DNA of 34,391 nucleotides from Ignavibacteria bacterium (GCA_037441245.1 JBBISM010000002.1:1-34391), one strand, 5' to 3'. Counted from the first letter of the stretch, positions 18,578-28,253 are shown. Notes: generated by a model not told the origin, from the letters alone. Numbers and translations: made by a program.

Positions 18578-20329
18578 ATGTTAAATCTAAAAGTTAAGAA
18601 GATATTAACAATCATACTGGGGCTAACAATATGCTTGCCTTTGTATGTTCAGACATCATCAGATGAATCATTCAGAATCAAACTCGAAAGCACTTTATTC
18701 CGCTTTAAAAATTGGCGATTTTCGAATATTTCTCTCTATCAACTCAAGAGTATCAGCGATGTTACAAAAGCAATTCAAACAAAAGACACAAGAGCTCCAG
18801 GAGTTGAAACCGACACACCTACTGAAGGAGTACCCGAATGCGTCAAAAATGCTGACGAATTAATCCGCAACAATTATCAAAGAGGCGTTCAAAACAACTT
18901 GTCACAGAGTCGTATTGAAAGGGAATTAGTTTCTCGTAATATACCCCTTCCTGAAAAACCAATAAGAGATTGCTTATTCGGTTACTATCAATCTATTAAA
19001 ACTATTGGAATAAAAAGAATCAGAAATTGCTATATTATAACAACTCGTGTTACTAGGGGGGATATACTTCCAAATGTCATTATTGGAATGATTGTATCAT
19101 ATGAGGATGAAGAACAAATCGAGAGAAATATTGATAGAGCAAGCCCAAGCGATATTTATACTTATGATGAGTTAAAGCAATTCGATTTAGTAGACCCAAA
19201 ACAATTTGGTGCCGAAACTCTATATAATTTATTAATGAATGCTTTTATGCAAAATAACGTAATTAATAGAACACTCGAAGCTCAAGGTATCGGCACTTTA
19301 TTAACATTCGCTCCGAAATCTTTCGGTGTTACCAAATCTCTAATTAGAGAAGAAGCTAATGCCCTTTCGGAAGACGTTCAAACATTTATGCGGATTTCCG
19401 AGGGGCAACCGAACGATATCGTATTGAAAGAACACGAAGTAATTGTAAGCCCTGATTATATCAGCTGGCGACGCTATGAGCTTTTCGTTATTGAATACAG
19501 CCCTGGCGAGTTCGATACTGTGAGTTTCATTACCAATCAGGGATTACCCAAATACGGAGTAGAACTCCGCTATGGCATCGAGGATATTAATTATCCGTCC
19601 CTATGGAGCGAAAGAATGACTATACGCGCACTTTGGGAAAATGTAAAATTAGGATTAGTACTGCCAACAAATGGTTGGGCATCAATCAGTAAAGACGCAT
19701 TCAATATTGACCGCCATCTCACATTTGGCGGATGGGGTGTTTCGGGAGAAGCAGACTTCCCATTCAAAGTAATACGAAATAGCGGTGTCTTCAAAGTCTC
19801 AGGTGCATATATTTTTGGCGATGCAAGAGAAGCAGATTATAAAAACCGCGGATTAAATATTGACAATTATGAGACTGTTTATCCATTTTTAGATGATTAT
19901 AGAAAATATGATTACTTAATCCGAGCAAATGGCCAATTGCATTATACATTTGGCGTAGCAGTTGATGAGGATTACTTGCTGAGGTTCGGTATAGGTGGAA
20001 CCATATATAACGCTGAGCAATGGACTATAAAACCCAATGACAATAATGATAAATTAATTATGACCCAAGTTGGTGATGAAACCCTTGGCGGTATCTCTGG
20101 CAAAGTTGAATTTATGTCTCGTAATGCTGTTACGCCCTATGGGGGTAGTTTGCAATATTTCGATGAAGCCATTATGGCTAATGTTTGGTTACAAATACCA
20201 GTAGTTCAAAATACATTTGCTCTAAAGCTCGATGTCAAAGGATATTGGACTGCTTTCAGAGACAAGCTTCACCCCTGGGAAAAATCTAATGTATTTATCC
20301 CAATGGTCAGAGCAATTGTTAATTTTTAA
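18578..20329 (+). CDS. hypothetical exported protein, N-terminal soluble domain plus C-terminal outer-membrane beta-barrel-like region
   Basis: 583 aa with an SD (GAGGAG) 4 nt upstream and an N-terminal signal sequence. The C-terminal ~250 aa has alternating hydrophobic/aromatic strands and a terminal Phe (AIVNF), as in OMPs. Confidence 0.65.
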   Translation: MLNLKVKKILTIILGLTICLPLYVQTSSDESFRIKLESTLFRFKNWRFSNISLYQLKSISDVTKAIQTKDTRAPGVETDTPTEGVPECVKNADELIRNNYQRGVQNNLSQSRIERELVSRNIPLPEKPIRDCLFGYYQSIKTIGIKRIRNCYIITTRVTRGDILPNVIIGMIVSYEDEEQIERNIDRASPSDIYTYDELKQFDLVDPKQFGAETLYNLLMNAFMQNNVINRTLEAQGIGTLLTFAPKSFGVTKSLIREEANALSEDVQTFMRISEGQPNDIVLKEHEVIVSPDYISWRRYELFVIEYSPGEFDTVSFITNQGLPKYGVELRYGIEDINYPSLWSERMTIRALWENVKLGLVLPTNGWASISKDAFNIDRHLTFGGWGVSGEADFPFKVIRNSGVFKVSGAYIFGDAREADYKNRGLNIDNYETVYPFLDDYRKYDYLIRANGQLHYTFGVAVDEDYLLRFGIGGTIYNAEQWTIKPNDNNDKLIMTQVGDETLGGISGKVEFMSRNAVTPYGGSLQYFDEAIMANVWLQIPVVQNTFALKLDVKGYWTAFRDKLHPWEKSNVFIPMVRAIVNF

Positions 20330-20374
20330 ATTTGATAAATGAAATATGTAGTAAAATAAATATAAAGCCCTGAT

Positions 20375-21805
20375 ATGAAAAAATATTTGTTATTTGCATT
20401 AATACTGTTTGTTGCTTGGTTCGACTCATACTCGCAACCGATTAACAGAAAAGCAATCTATGATTCACTTACAACCCTCAATCCTGAAATAAAGCAGTAT
20501 TTCCCAAGGTGGAAAATTTGCGAAAGAGATCTTCAAATACAAATTTATCAAACATTTTTAACCTTGGGCTATGATAAGGAACAATTAGATATGCAAAATG
20601 TTGATGTTTTGGCATCGCCAAGAGCCGCAGATTATTTGCCATTCGAAATTCTTTTATTAACTTGTGGCAAATCTTCAATGAATTCCGTTGAAATCGAGTC
20701 AAATATGACCTCGCTACTTATCGGATTTATATCTGGCGAATTATATTATAGCGGAAGGGATAGAGGTTATCAAAAAGATAATGCCTATCGTGATTATTGC
20801 TATAACGATTTACCGATTGACCTACCTTTCTCCGATGACCAGACAGCAGCAATTACAAATTATCTATTACCCACGAATGTAACACACGCATTCACTGTCT
20901 CTTTATTTGAGCAATCCCTGAAATTTGGGGAAACAGGTTTCTGGATTCGTTCTAAAATCGGTACCGACCAAATTGGCTATCATTTTTGGTCATCGGGCGA
21001 ATCTAAAATTATCTTGCAAAGACCTTTGTATGTTAATAATGATACCGAAAGCCGTTCAAGGATACCATTTTTGATTAATGCATATTTTGGTGGGGCATAT
21101 AGAATCTCTGGTGGAATCAATGAACAAAACAATATGCTCAGTTGGGTCAAAAGCAGAAAACTAAATACTGGACCTGGAGGTAAACTTATCGCAGGGCTCG
21201 ATTTCCATATACCAATACTCCCAGAAGCAGGCATTTCACTTAATACTGAAATACCATTACAAGTACTCAATACTAAAGCAATTGATGATGGTGCTTATTC
21301 ATATTATCCAAACTCAAACGAGGTAGAAATCAATCCTGAAAATCCAAATTCTGTTTACCCTGTTGAGAAAATTGCAGCTTTGCTTCGAGCTACTGGCCAA
21401 ATTACTGTATTTTATAACTTTTGGCTCGACAAGAGCAACCCAGAAAACTTTTTTAGATTTGACTTCGGATTGAATTATAGCGAAGTTCGTGAAATGGCTC
21501 ACTTTCGTAACACTGCATCAGCAATTTCATATTTAACGAACGACGCTACTAATCTAAACACATATAAACCTAATGAGTTTGGTGATTGGGTATTCGCAAA
21601 AATCGAATATCGCAACCAAAGGACTTTTCCTTTCGGTGCAAGTATTCAATATTCCAACCAGATTCTTCTCGGTAGAGTCTATATTCCATTATTCGGCAAT
21701 TGGTTTTATATTGAAGCTAAGTATGCTCAACCATTACGTTCAGTTAGACCTTTTGAGTCTGAACATTTCTTCGTTGTTTCGCCTGTTTTGAGATTGACTA
21801 TTTAA
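20375..21805 (+). CDS. hypothetical exported protein with C-terminal barrel-like region paralogous to the preceding gene
   Basis: 476 aa with signal peptide MKKYLLFALILFVAWFDSYSQ. The C-terminus GASIQYSNQ...PFESEHFFVVSPVLRLTI aligns by eye with GGSLQYFDE...PWEKSNVFIPMVRAIVNF of the upstream protein. Confidence 0.65.
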   Translation: MKKYLLFALILFVAWFDSYSQPINRKAIYDSLTTLNPEIKQYFPRWKICERDLQIQIYQTFLTLGYDKEQLDMQNVDVLASPRAADYLPFEILLLTCGKSSMNSVEIESNMTSLLIGFISGELYYSGRDRGYQKDNAYRDYCYNDLPIDLPFSDDQTAAITNYLLPTNVTHAFTVSLFEQSLKFGETGFWIRSKIGTDQIGYHFWSSGESKIILQRPLYVNNDTESRSRIPFLINAYFGGAYRISGGINEQNNMLSWVKSRKLNTGPGGKLIAGLDFHIPILPEAGISLNTEIPLQVLNTKAIDDGAYSYYPNSNEVEINPENPNSVYPVEKIAALLRATGQITVFYNFWLDKSNPENFFRFDFGLNYSEVREMAHFRNTASAISYLTNDATNLNTYKPNEFGDWVFAKIEYRNQRTFPFGASIQYSNQILLGRVYIPLFGNWFYIEAKYAQPLRSVRPFESEHFFVVSPVLRLTI

Positions 21806-21825
21806 CAATGCGTATATATTTAAAA

Positions 21826-21858
21826 TACCCTTCTAACATTTAGTTGTGTTAGAGGGTA
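21826..21858 (+). terminator. candidate intrinsic terminator or attenuator between 20375-21805 and 21899-23242
   Basis: TACCCT(T)CTAACA-tttagttg-TGTTAGAGGGTA forms a 12-bp stem with one bulged T. It is followed by TATATTTATAAT. Confidence 0.4.
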
Positions 21859-21898
21859 TATTTATAATCAAACATTTTTAACGCTTTAATAAATTAAA

Positions 21899-23242
21899 AT
21901 GATGCTATTCAATCCAAAGATAAAATTCTTACTTATTTTAATTTTTCTTTTTATAATTAACATTCACCTCTCAGGAGATGACAAACTCATTGACACATCT
22001 GCAAAAAAGAAAGAATTATTGAAAGAAGCTGAAGTACGAGCAGCACAAAAAGAAATCGAACTTACAATTCGAAGCGTTGACATTTCTAAATTTCCAATTA
22101 TTAAAATTTTTATTGAAGCATACAATAAACTTGGTCAGCCTCTTGATACTATTAAACAAGAAAATGTTTTAGTATATGAAAAAAGCATCCCACGTAATGT
22201 AATATCTGTCGAAAAAGTTCCAGTTAGTGATGAAATTATGGTTGACTTTGTATTTCTTATTGACATCACTGGTTCTATGCAAAAATACATCAATTATGTT
22301 ATTAGGCACACTTCAGGATTTACAAGTAAATTAGTAAAAAGAGGAATTGACTATCGTTTAGGATTAATATTATTTACCGATGATATTGAAAAAATCTATC
22401 AACCCACAAAAACTGTCAGCGAGTTTCTTGGTTGGCTCGAAGGTGTGCGTGCCCGAGGTGGAAGCGATGAAAAAGAAAATGCTCTCGAAACTTTGGAAGA
22501 AGCGGCATTGACTATTAAATACCGAAATGCTGCTAATCGCGTTGTAGTTCTTATCACCGATGCACCTTACCACCAGAAAGGTGAAGATGGCGATGGAGTT
22601 ACTAATCAAACGACTGAATCCATCATTGATTTATTGATTAATAATGAAATTAGAGTCTTTGCTATTACTCTGCCCCGTTTAGAAAATTATAAATTAATTT
22701 CTCGAAAAACACGTGGTAATTTCTTCGATATAGAATATCCTTTTTCAACAATACTGGACAACTTCTCTCAACAATTGACAAATCTATACTATATTACTTA
22801 TAACTCTGATTATAAAACAATACCCGATTCAATTGATATAGCTGTATTAAATGAATTTACTGGCAAACTTGTCCGCAAAACCATCCCAATTATTGAACTT
22901 GGTAGAAAATTGATTATCGAAAATCTACTTTTCGAAACTAATAAAGCTGAATTACCTGAAAAAGTTCCTGCTCTTGATATACTTTCTGAATATATGTTGA
23001 ATAAAACTCAAATCAAACTGCTTATAGAAGGACATACTGATAATATTGGTAGTAACCAGCTAAACGATCGTTTATCGCTAATGCGTTCAGAGAGCGTAAA
23101 AAATTATCTGATTAAGAAAGGAATTCAAAACGATAGATTAAAATCTATTGGCTATGGCAAACGAAGACCGATTGCAAGTAATAACGATGATTTCGGAAGA
23201 CGACTCAACAGAAGAACTGAGATTGTCATTATGGAGAAATAA
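21899..23242 (+). CDS. vWA domain protein with C-terminal OmpA-like peptidoglycan-binding domain
   Basis: 447 aa with a signal peptide and a vWA MIDAS-like motif (DFVFLIDITGSM, VVVLITDAPYH). The OmpA_C motifs are LLFETNKAEL, IEGHTDNIGS, NDRLSLMRSESV and NRRTEIVI. Confidence 0.8.
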   Translation: MMLFNPKIKFLLILIFLFIINIHLSGDDKLIDTSAKKKELLKEAEVRAAQKEIELTIRSVDISKFPIIKIFIEAYNKLGQPLDTIKQENVLVYEKSIPRNVISVEKVPVSDEIMVDFVFLIDITGSMQKYINYVIRHTSGFTSKLVKRGIDYRLGLILFTDDIEKIYQPTKTVSEFLGWLEGVRARGGSDEKENALETLEEAALTIKYRNAANRVVVLITDAPYHQKGEDGDGVTNQTTESIIDLLINNEIRVFAITLPRLENYKLISRKTRGNFFDIEYPFSTILDNFSQQLTNLYYITYNSDYKTIPDSIDIAVLNEFTGKLVRKTIPIIELGRKLIIENLLFETNKAELPEKVPALDILSEYMLNKTQIKLLIEGHTDNIGSNQLNDRLSLMRSESVKNYLIKKGIQNDRLKSIGYGKRRPIASNNDDFGRRLNRRTEIVIMEK

Positions 23243-23257
23243 AACTACATCGGGTAA

Positions 23258-23779
23258 TTATAAAGACTTTAATTCGTTCATTGTAAATAGTGAATAAAGA
23301 GCAATTGAGTTTTCAGCCAATCTTTCCTTACCACCAGCTCCTCTATCAATAACACAAATTGCACAAACAATTTTAGCACCTTCATTTATTAAATCATTTG
23401 CACTTAAAATAATCTGCCCCCCGCTTGTAACTACATCTTCAATTAAAACAACTCTTCTACCCTCTAAATCCAAACCCTCTGCTATTTTGCAAGTTCCATA
23501 GGATTTAGCTGTCTTTCGCACAAACACAACTGGTTTGTTAGTATGCAGAGACAAGGCAGTAGCTAATGGTATTCCACCCATCTCCAATCCTGCAAACAAA
23601 TCAAAATCTGTTGGTAGCAAACCGGATAAATGTTCCGCAATGGAGCGTAATAAATATGGTTCGCTTTCGAATCTATATTTATCGAAATATTCATCACTAT
23701 AATCACCAGAGCGTAATAAAAATCTCCCTCTCAAGTAGGATTTCGCAAGTATTTCTTTTCCTAATTCAGTCTTATTCAT
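23258..23779 (-). CDS. pyrE: orotate phosphoribosyltransferase
   Basis: 173 aa with the PRPP-binding motif RVVLIEDVVTSGGQ, plus N-terminal FLLRSGDYSDEYFDKY typical of short PyrE proteins. Confidence 0.8.
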   Translation of the reverse strand: MNKTELGKEILAKSYLRGRFLLRSGDYSDEYFDKYRFESEPYLLRSIAEHLSGLLPTDFDLFAGLEMGGIPLATALSLHTNKPVVFVRKTAKSYGTCKIAEGLDLEGRRVVLIEDVVTSGGQIILSANDLINEGAKIVCAICVIDRGAGGKERLAENSIALYSLFTMNELKSL

Positions 23780-23792
23780 AGAATTCTATATT

Positions 23793-25187
23793 TTACCTGC
23801 TTATAAAATTTGGATTATCGAATTGTGATGGCAATTTCATCGGTAAACCATCGTATAAATAGATTGCTAAAGCAATCGCTGCTACACAATTATTCATATC
23901 TTTGGGGTCAATTTTATCGGGTGTATCTTTATCCGAATGATGATACCAAAAATACTTACCGCCATCACTTGTATTCAATGACATTCCTGGTACTCCAAGT
24001 TTCATCATTGAGGATATATCCACTCCTCCACCACCGCCAGTAATTGAAATATTGGAAATTTTTTGAAATAAGGGAAGGAAATGATTGTATAATTTCTGAA
24101 CCGTATCAGGTGCAGTTAATCTGACTTCCGATGGTGCAAATACGCCAGAATCGAATTCAAACATTAAAATATGGGGAACATTTTTATGCTTTTCAGCATA
24201 CATTTTCCCTCCTTCAACACCATTTTCTTCATTTGTCCAAAGAACAACACGAATAGTATGTTTAGGTTTCAAACCAAGTTTCATAAGTAATTTCGCCGCT
24301 TCCCAAACAGCCACACAACCACCGGCATCATCGTGGGCAGCCGTTCCAATATCCCAAGAATCTATATGCCCACCAATCGCAATTATCTCAATGGGGTATT
24401 CGCTTCCTGTAATTTCAGCTACTAAATTGTGAGAAATAACATCAGTAAGTGTTTCAGCTTCCATATATAATTTGATTATGGGTGTAATACCTCTATTTTG
24501 AATTCTTTCTAACATCATAACATCTTCAGCTGATAAACTTGCATGAGGTATTTTCTCGACCGTATCAGCATAAATCATCATACCTGTATGGGGATGTCCC
24601 ATACTCATAGGGCTAACTGCTCTGCATAGAGTTGCTACTGCCCCTGCTTCCGCAGCTTTAATTGCTCCTCGAAAGCGATATTGAACCGATTGACCATAGC
24701 TTATAAATGGTTGATTAAATACAACAATCCTACCTTTTGCTTCTTTTTTCCTTGATTCTAATTCCTCAAAACTTCGAACAACTAATACTTGTGCTATGAT
24801 ACCTTCGCGGGGTGTGCCGATACTTCCTCCAAATGCTTTGATGGGCATCTTATGCATTCTTGGCTCAATCATTTCGCAATACTCATTGCCTCTTACCCAA
24901 TGAGGAACGGTAACTTGTTCTTTTCTGACATTACTAAACCCATCTTTAATCATTTCGGTCATTATCCAATCTATAGCATCCTCTAAATTCTTGGAACCAG
25001 ATAATCTCGGACCGAACATATCACATAAATAAGCCATTCTCTCCCAAGCCGATGAATCTCGATTTGAATGCTTGATTATTTGCTCTACGATTGGATGATA
25101 CTTTCTCAGTACATCATCCTCAGAAACTTGGGCGGTTGTCATATACATTATTTGCAACGATATAATTAATATATAAATAAATTTCAT
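23793..25187 (-). CDS. M28 family metallopeptidase (secreted aminopeptidase/carboxypeptidase-like)
   Basis: 464 aa with a signal peptide. Zinc-ligand region GGHIDSWDIGTAAHDDAGG, then VLWTNEENG. Confidence 0.75.
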   Translation of the reverse strand: MKFIYILIISLQIMYMTTAQVSEDDVLRKYHPIVEQIIKHSNRDSSAWERMAYLCDMFGPRLSGSKNLEDAIDWIMTEMIKDGFSNVRKEQVTVPHWVRGNEYCEMIEPRMHKMPIKAFGGSIGTPREGIIAQVLVVRSFEELESRKKEAKGRIVVFNQPFISYGQSVQYRFRGAIKAAEAGAVATLCRAVSPMSMGHPHTGMMIYADTVEKIPHASLSAEDVMMLERIQNRGITPIIKLYMEAETLTDVISHNLVAEITGSEYPIEIIAIGGHIDSWDIGTAAHDDAGGCVAVWEAAKLLMKLGLKPKHTIRVVLWTNEENGVEGGKMYAEKHKNVPHILMFEFDSGVFAPSEVRLTAPDTVQKLYNHFLPLFQKISNISITGGGGGVDISSMMKLGVPGMSLNTSDGGKYFWYHHSDKDTPDKIDPKDMNNCVAAIALAIYLYDGLPMKLPSQFDNPNFISR

Positions 25188-25201
25188 AATTAACCCATAT
25201 A

Positions 25202-26653
25202 CTATTTAGCTATAATAACAAACATTGTTCTACGATTCAAAGCTCTACCTTCAGGCGTATCATTGGAGGCAACAGGTTGAGAAAATCCGAATCCTCTATA
25301 TCTCAATCTACTTGGTTCTATACCACGCTCAATCATAGCAAGCATAACATTCTTTGCTCTCTCATCAGAAAGTCTTTGGTTATATTCAACAGTTCCAATA
25401 TTATCCGTATGCCCTTGTATTTCTAATTTTAATCTTGGCATAGTTTGCATTATATCAACTATTTCATCTATAATTGGAAAAGATTCTTTCTTGACAACCG
25501 CAGAATCAAAATCAAATAATATTGGTCGTTTGAAGGCATCATATAGCTTTTTCCAAGGGGCAGTGAGTTCATCAGCTGTGCCATATTCACCTCTTGCTGT
25601 CAATATATCGCTCCGCCCAGGTACATCTAAATCTACAAACACCTCGTGATAACCCCAATATTCAGGTGGTACATAAGTGATATAATAATAATACCGCAAT
25701 GACATATAAATATCTCGAATAATGCTGATAAGCTCAGATTTTGAATATGCCTTATAAAATTTTCCACCAGAATTTTGAGCCATATATCGCAAATTATCAT
25801 CTTTCGAATAACCAAAGGCAACCGCAAAAATATTGACTTTCAATCGTTTAGCCCGAGAATACAGAGAATCCAATTCGACCTTAGAATAATTGTCATCACC
25901 ATCAGAAAATACGACAAGTACACGTGGAACTACTTCGGGAGTACGTTCTAAAATATTCATCGAACTCATCATTGCATCGTACATCGCAGAGAATAATCCA
26001 AAACCCTCATTTTTTTTTGCCCCATATAGCTGTAGAATCTTTTCTTTATCATTACTTAAAGGAACTTTTAAGTCATAGTCTCGATTAAAAGTATTGATTG
26101 CTATATAATCATAAGACATTTTTAATGAAATAAAAATTTCGATACCTTCTTGAATAATTTCTTTCACACCTGTCATCGAACCACTATAATCTACAGACAA
26201 AACGATATTATAGGGTATTGAATCATTAGCTCCAAACTCTCTAACGTTGAAGATTTCAATTGGGGCTTCTTTGCGATTGCGATGCTTACCTAAAAATTCA
26301 GTTACTTTTGTGAAATATTCTTGTGTTGTATCTTTTTTATACGGTTCAGCCATATTCGTTACAAAATGACCTGCAGAATCATACACTCTTGAATATACTT
26401 TCAAATTCTCCGGATATTCATCTGTTTCAATCCTGAAAATATCAAATATTAGCTTATTTACATCAATTGAATCTATGGGTTTTGTGCCGGTTATATATAT
26501 CTTTTTTGTTGTATCTTGGCTGAAATCTTCTATCCATAATTGAGATTGTAACTCATAACCTCTGGGTCTTTTGATAGAACAAGAGGATAAAAAAAGCCAA
26601 ATTGAAAAAATAGAAAATAAAATTAGCTTGATATTTAATGTACTATGCATCAT
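25202..26653 (-). CDS. vWA-OmpA lipoprotein (paralogue of 21899-23242)
   Basis: The canonical MIDAS motif VDYSGSM is followed by VLVVFSDGDDN. The OmpA_C motifs are ILFDFDSAVV, IQGHTDNIGT, NQRLSDERAKNV and NRRTMFVI. I chose the start at the ATG at 26653 (MMHSTLNIKLILFSIFSIWLFLSSC, lipobox) because it forms a TAATG overlap with the upstream stop. The track start at 26701 would overlap the neighbouring gene by 49 nt. Confidence 0.8.
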   Translation of the reverse strand: MMHSTLNIKLILFSIFSIWLFLSSCSIKRPRGYELQSQLWIEDFSQDTTKKIYITGTKPIDSIDVNKLIFDIFRIETDEYPENLKVYSRVYDSAGHFVTNMAEPYKKDTTQEYFTKVTEFLGKHRNRKEAPIEIFNVREFGANDSIPYNIVLSVDYSGSMTGVKEIIQEGIEIFISLKMSYDYIAINTFNRDYDLKVPLSNDKEKILQLYGAKKNEGFGLFSAMYDAMMSSMNILERTPEVVPRVLVVFSDGDDNYSKVELDSLYSRAKRLKVNIFAVAFGYSKDDNLRYMAQNSGGKFYKAYSKSELISIIRDIYMSLRYYYYITYVPPEYWGYHEVFVDLDVPGRSDILTARGEYGTADELTAPWKKLYDAFKRPILFDFDSAVVKKESFPIIDEIVDIMQTMPRLKLEIQGHTDNIGTVEYNQRLSDERAKNVMLAMIERGIEPSRLRYRGFGFSQPVASNDTPEGRALNRRTMFVIIAK

Positions 26654-27324
26654 TATAATTTCAATGAAAGAATTAATCCATCTCCGATAGTTAACAAACA
26701 AGTATAATAATCATTCTGATTTATGAGATACTCATTAAATTCTCTAATTGCCATTACTTCTCTTAAATTTCTATTTGGATTATCTTCAACTATTTCGCCA
26801 AAAGCCAATCCATTATCAGCAGAAAAAATACCACCTTGCCGCAACAATTCTCGAGATTTATCGAAATAAAAACGGTAATTGATTTTATCGGCATCTACAA
26901 ATATCAAATCATAATAACAATCGGGCTTGAAATTTGATAAATAATCTTTCGCATCAGCATTTACAACCTCAATCTTGTTTTCTAATCCTGCATTTGATAC
27001 TTGCTTGCGGATAAATTCTGCATAATTTGAATTGATTTCAATAGCAATCAAGTGACCATCATCGGGCATAGCTCGAGCCATTGATATTGCTGAATATCCA
27101 CCCAACGAACCGACTTCTATAATATTTTTGAAATTTAATGCCCTTATTAAAAACTGAAGATATCTCGCTTGGTCTGCTGAAATCGTTATCTCTGGCAACC
27201 CTTTGGCAAGCGATTCAGATTTAAGTCTTTTTAAGAAATCATCTTCAGGTGCAAAGTTTGATTTTATATAATTAAAAATATCTTCTGTTATAGGTGTTGG
27301 ATATGATGACATCTCGAAATCCAA
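26653..27324 (-). CDS. class I SAM-dependent O-methyltransferase (caffeoyl-CoA OMT-like, family 3)
   Basis: 223 aa with IIEVGSLGGYSAISMARAM, LIAIEIN and DLIFVDADKINY, which are characteristic of this family. Confidence 0.75.
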   Translation of the reverse strand: MDFEMSSYPTPITEDIFNYIKSNFAPEDDFLKRLKSESLAKGLPEITISADQARYLQFLIRALNFKNIIEVGSLGGYSAISMARAMPDDGHLIAIEINSNYAEFIRKQVSNAGLENKIEVVNADAKDYLSNFKPDCYYDLIFVDADKINYRFYFDKSRELLRQGGIFSADNGLAFGEIVEDNPNRNLREVMAIREFNEYLINQNDYYTCLLTIGDGLILSLKL

Positions 27325-27356
27325 AATTATTTTCTTAAAACGTTTTCCAACTGATG

Positions 27357-28253
27357 TTATTTTTCATAGACTGCTAATATATGAGCGGGCTTTCTAATTA
27401 TTAAGTTGAACAATTTGTCAACAAATTTCCATACAATAAATGGCAAGTATTTCAACAATAAATAAGTTCGAGCAATTATCAGAGCTTTATTTCCTGTTTT
27501 ATAAAATTTTAACGCTTTACAATTGATTTTCTCTGAAAATTTTGTAAGACATTTTTCATCAAAAGAATGAAGATGAGCATTTTTTGGAGTGAGTTTCCCG
27601 CAATGAATACATTGGGAATAGTGCAATACTTCCTGGTAAGGCGTACTTATTATTAGCTTCCCACCAACTTTTAGCAAAGAAAAAAGTTTTTCAATAAAAA
27701 GTTCTGGTTCAACTATATGTTCAATCACCTCAGATGCTATTATAACATCGAAAGTATTCTCCTCAAAGGGCGGTTGCAAAGCATCGCCAACAATCCCATA
27801 ATGATTTATGTTAGAATGCTTTTGCAAAGCTTTGTTTACGTTTTCAAAAGCAATATCGAATGAAATTACCTTAAATCCACGTGGACAGAAATAACTCGCA
27901 ACCCACGCCGAACCAGAGCCAACATCAAGAATAGTAGCTTCAGAATAATTCCCAACCAATGAAGTTATATACTCTCGCAAACGTCGCTCATCATCTTCAG
28001 TTGCTTTGCAAACCCTTTCCTCGAAATAATTGAATAATTGAGCATCCTTTCGATAATGCTCAATATAATTCATATTGTAAATATTATCCAATCCTGAATC
28101 TGGTAGTAGAATTGGTATCGAATCAAGTACTTGATATGCTACATTGCTCGAGGGAGCTAAATAAAAATCATCTTTGAATATCAGTTCTTCATTCGATTTA
28201 GGACAAATTAATTTGATTGGTTTCAAGGCAAAATTGTTTTGATTTGTCGGCAT
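27357..28253 (-). CDS. class I SAM-dependent methyltransferase with N-terminal Trm112-like segment
   Basis: Motif I is ILDVGSGSAW and post-I is VISFDIA. The N-terminus has LICPKSNEEL...VLDSIPILL. The ATG at 28253 overlaps the mlaD-like stop (TGATG); the track start at 28256 is a TTG one codon upstream. Confidence 0.7.
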   Translation of the reverse strand: MPTNQNNFALKPIKLICPKSNEELIFKDDFYLAPSSNVAYQVLDSIPILLPDSGLDNIYNMNYIEHYRKDAQLFNYFEERVCKATEDDERRLREYITSLVGNYSEATILDVGSGSAWVASYFCPRGFKVISFDIAFENVNKALQKHSNINHYGIVGDALQPPFEENTFDVIIASEVIEHIVEPELFIEKLFSLLKVGGKLIISTPYQEVLHYSQCIHCGKLTPKNAHLHSFDEKCLTKFSEKINCKALKFYKTGNKALIIARTYLLLKYLPFIVWKFVDKLFNLIIRKPAHILAVYEK

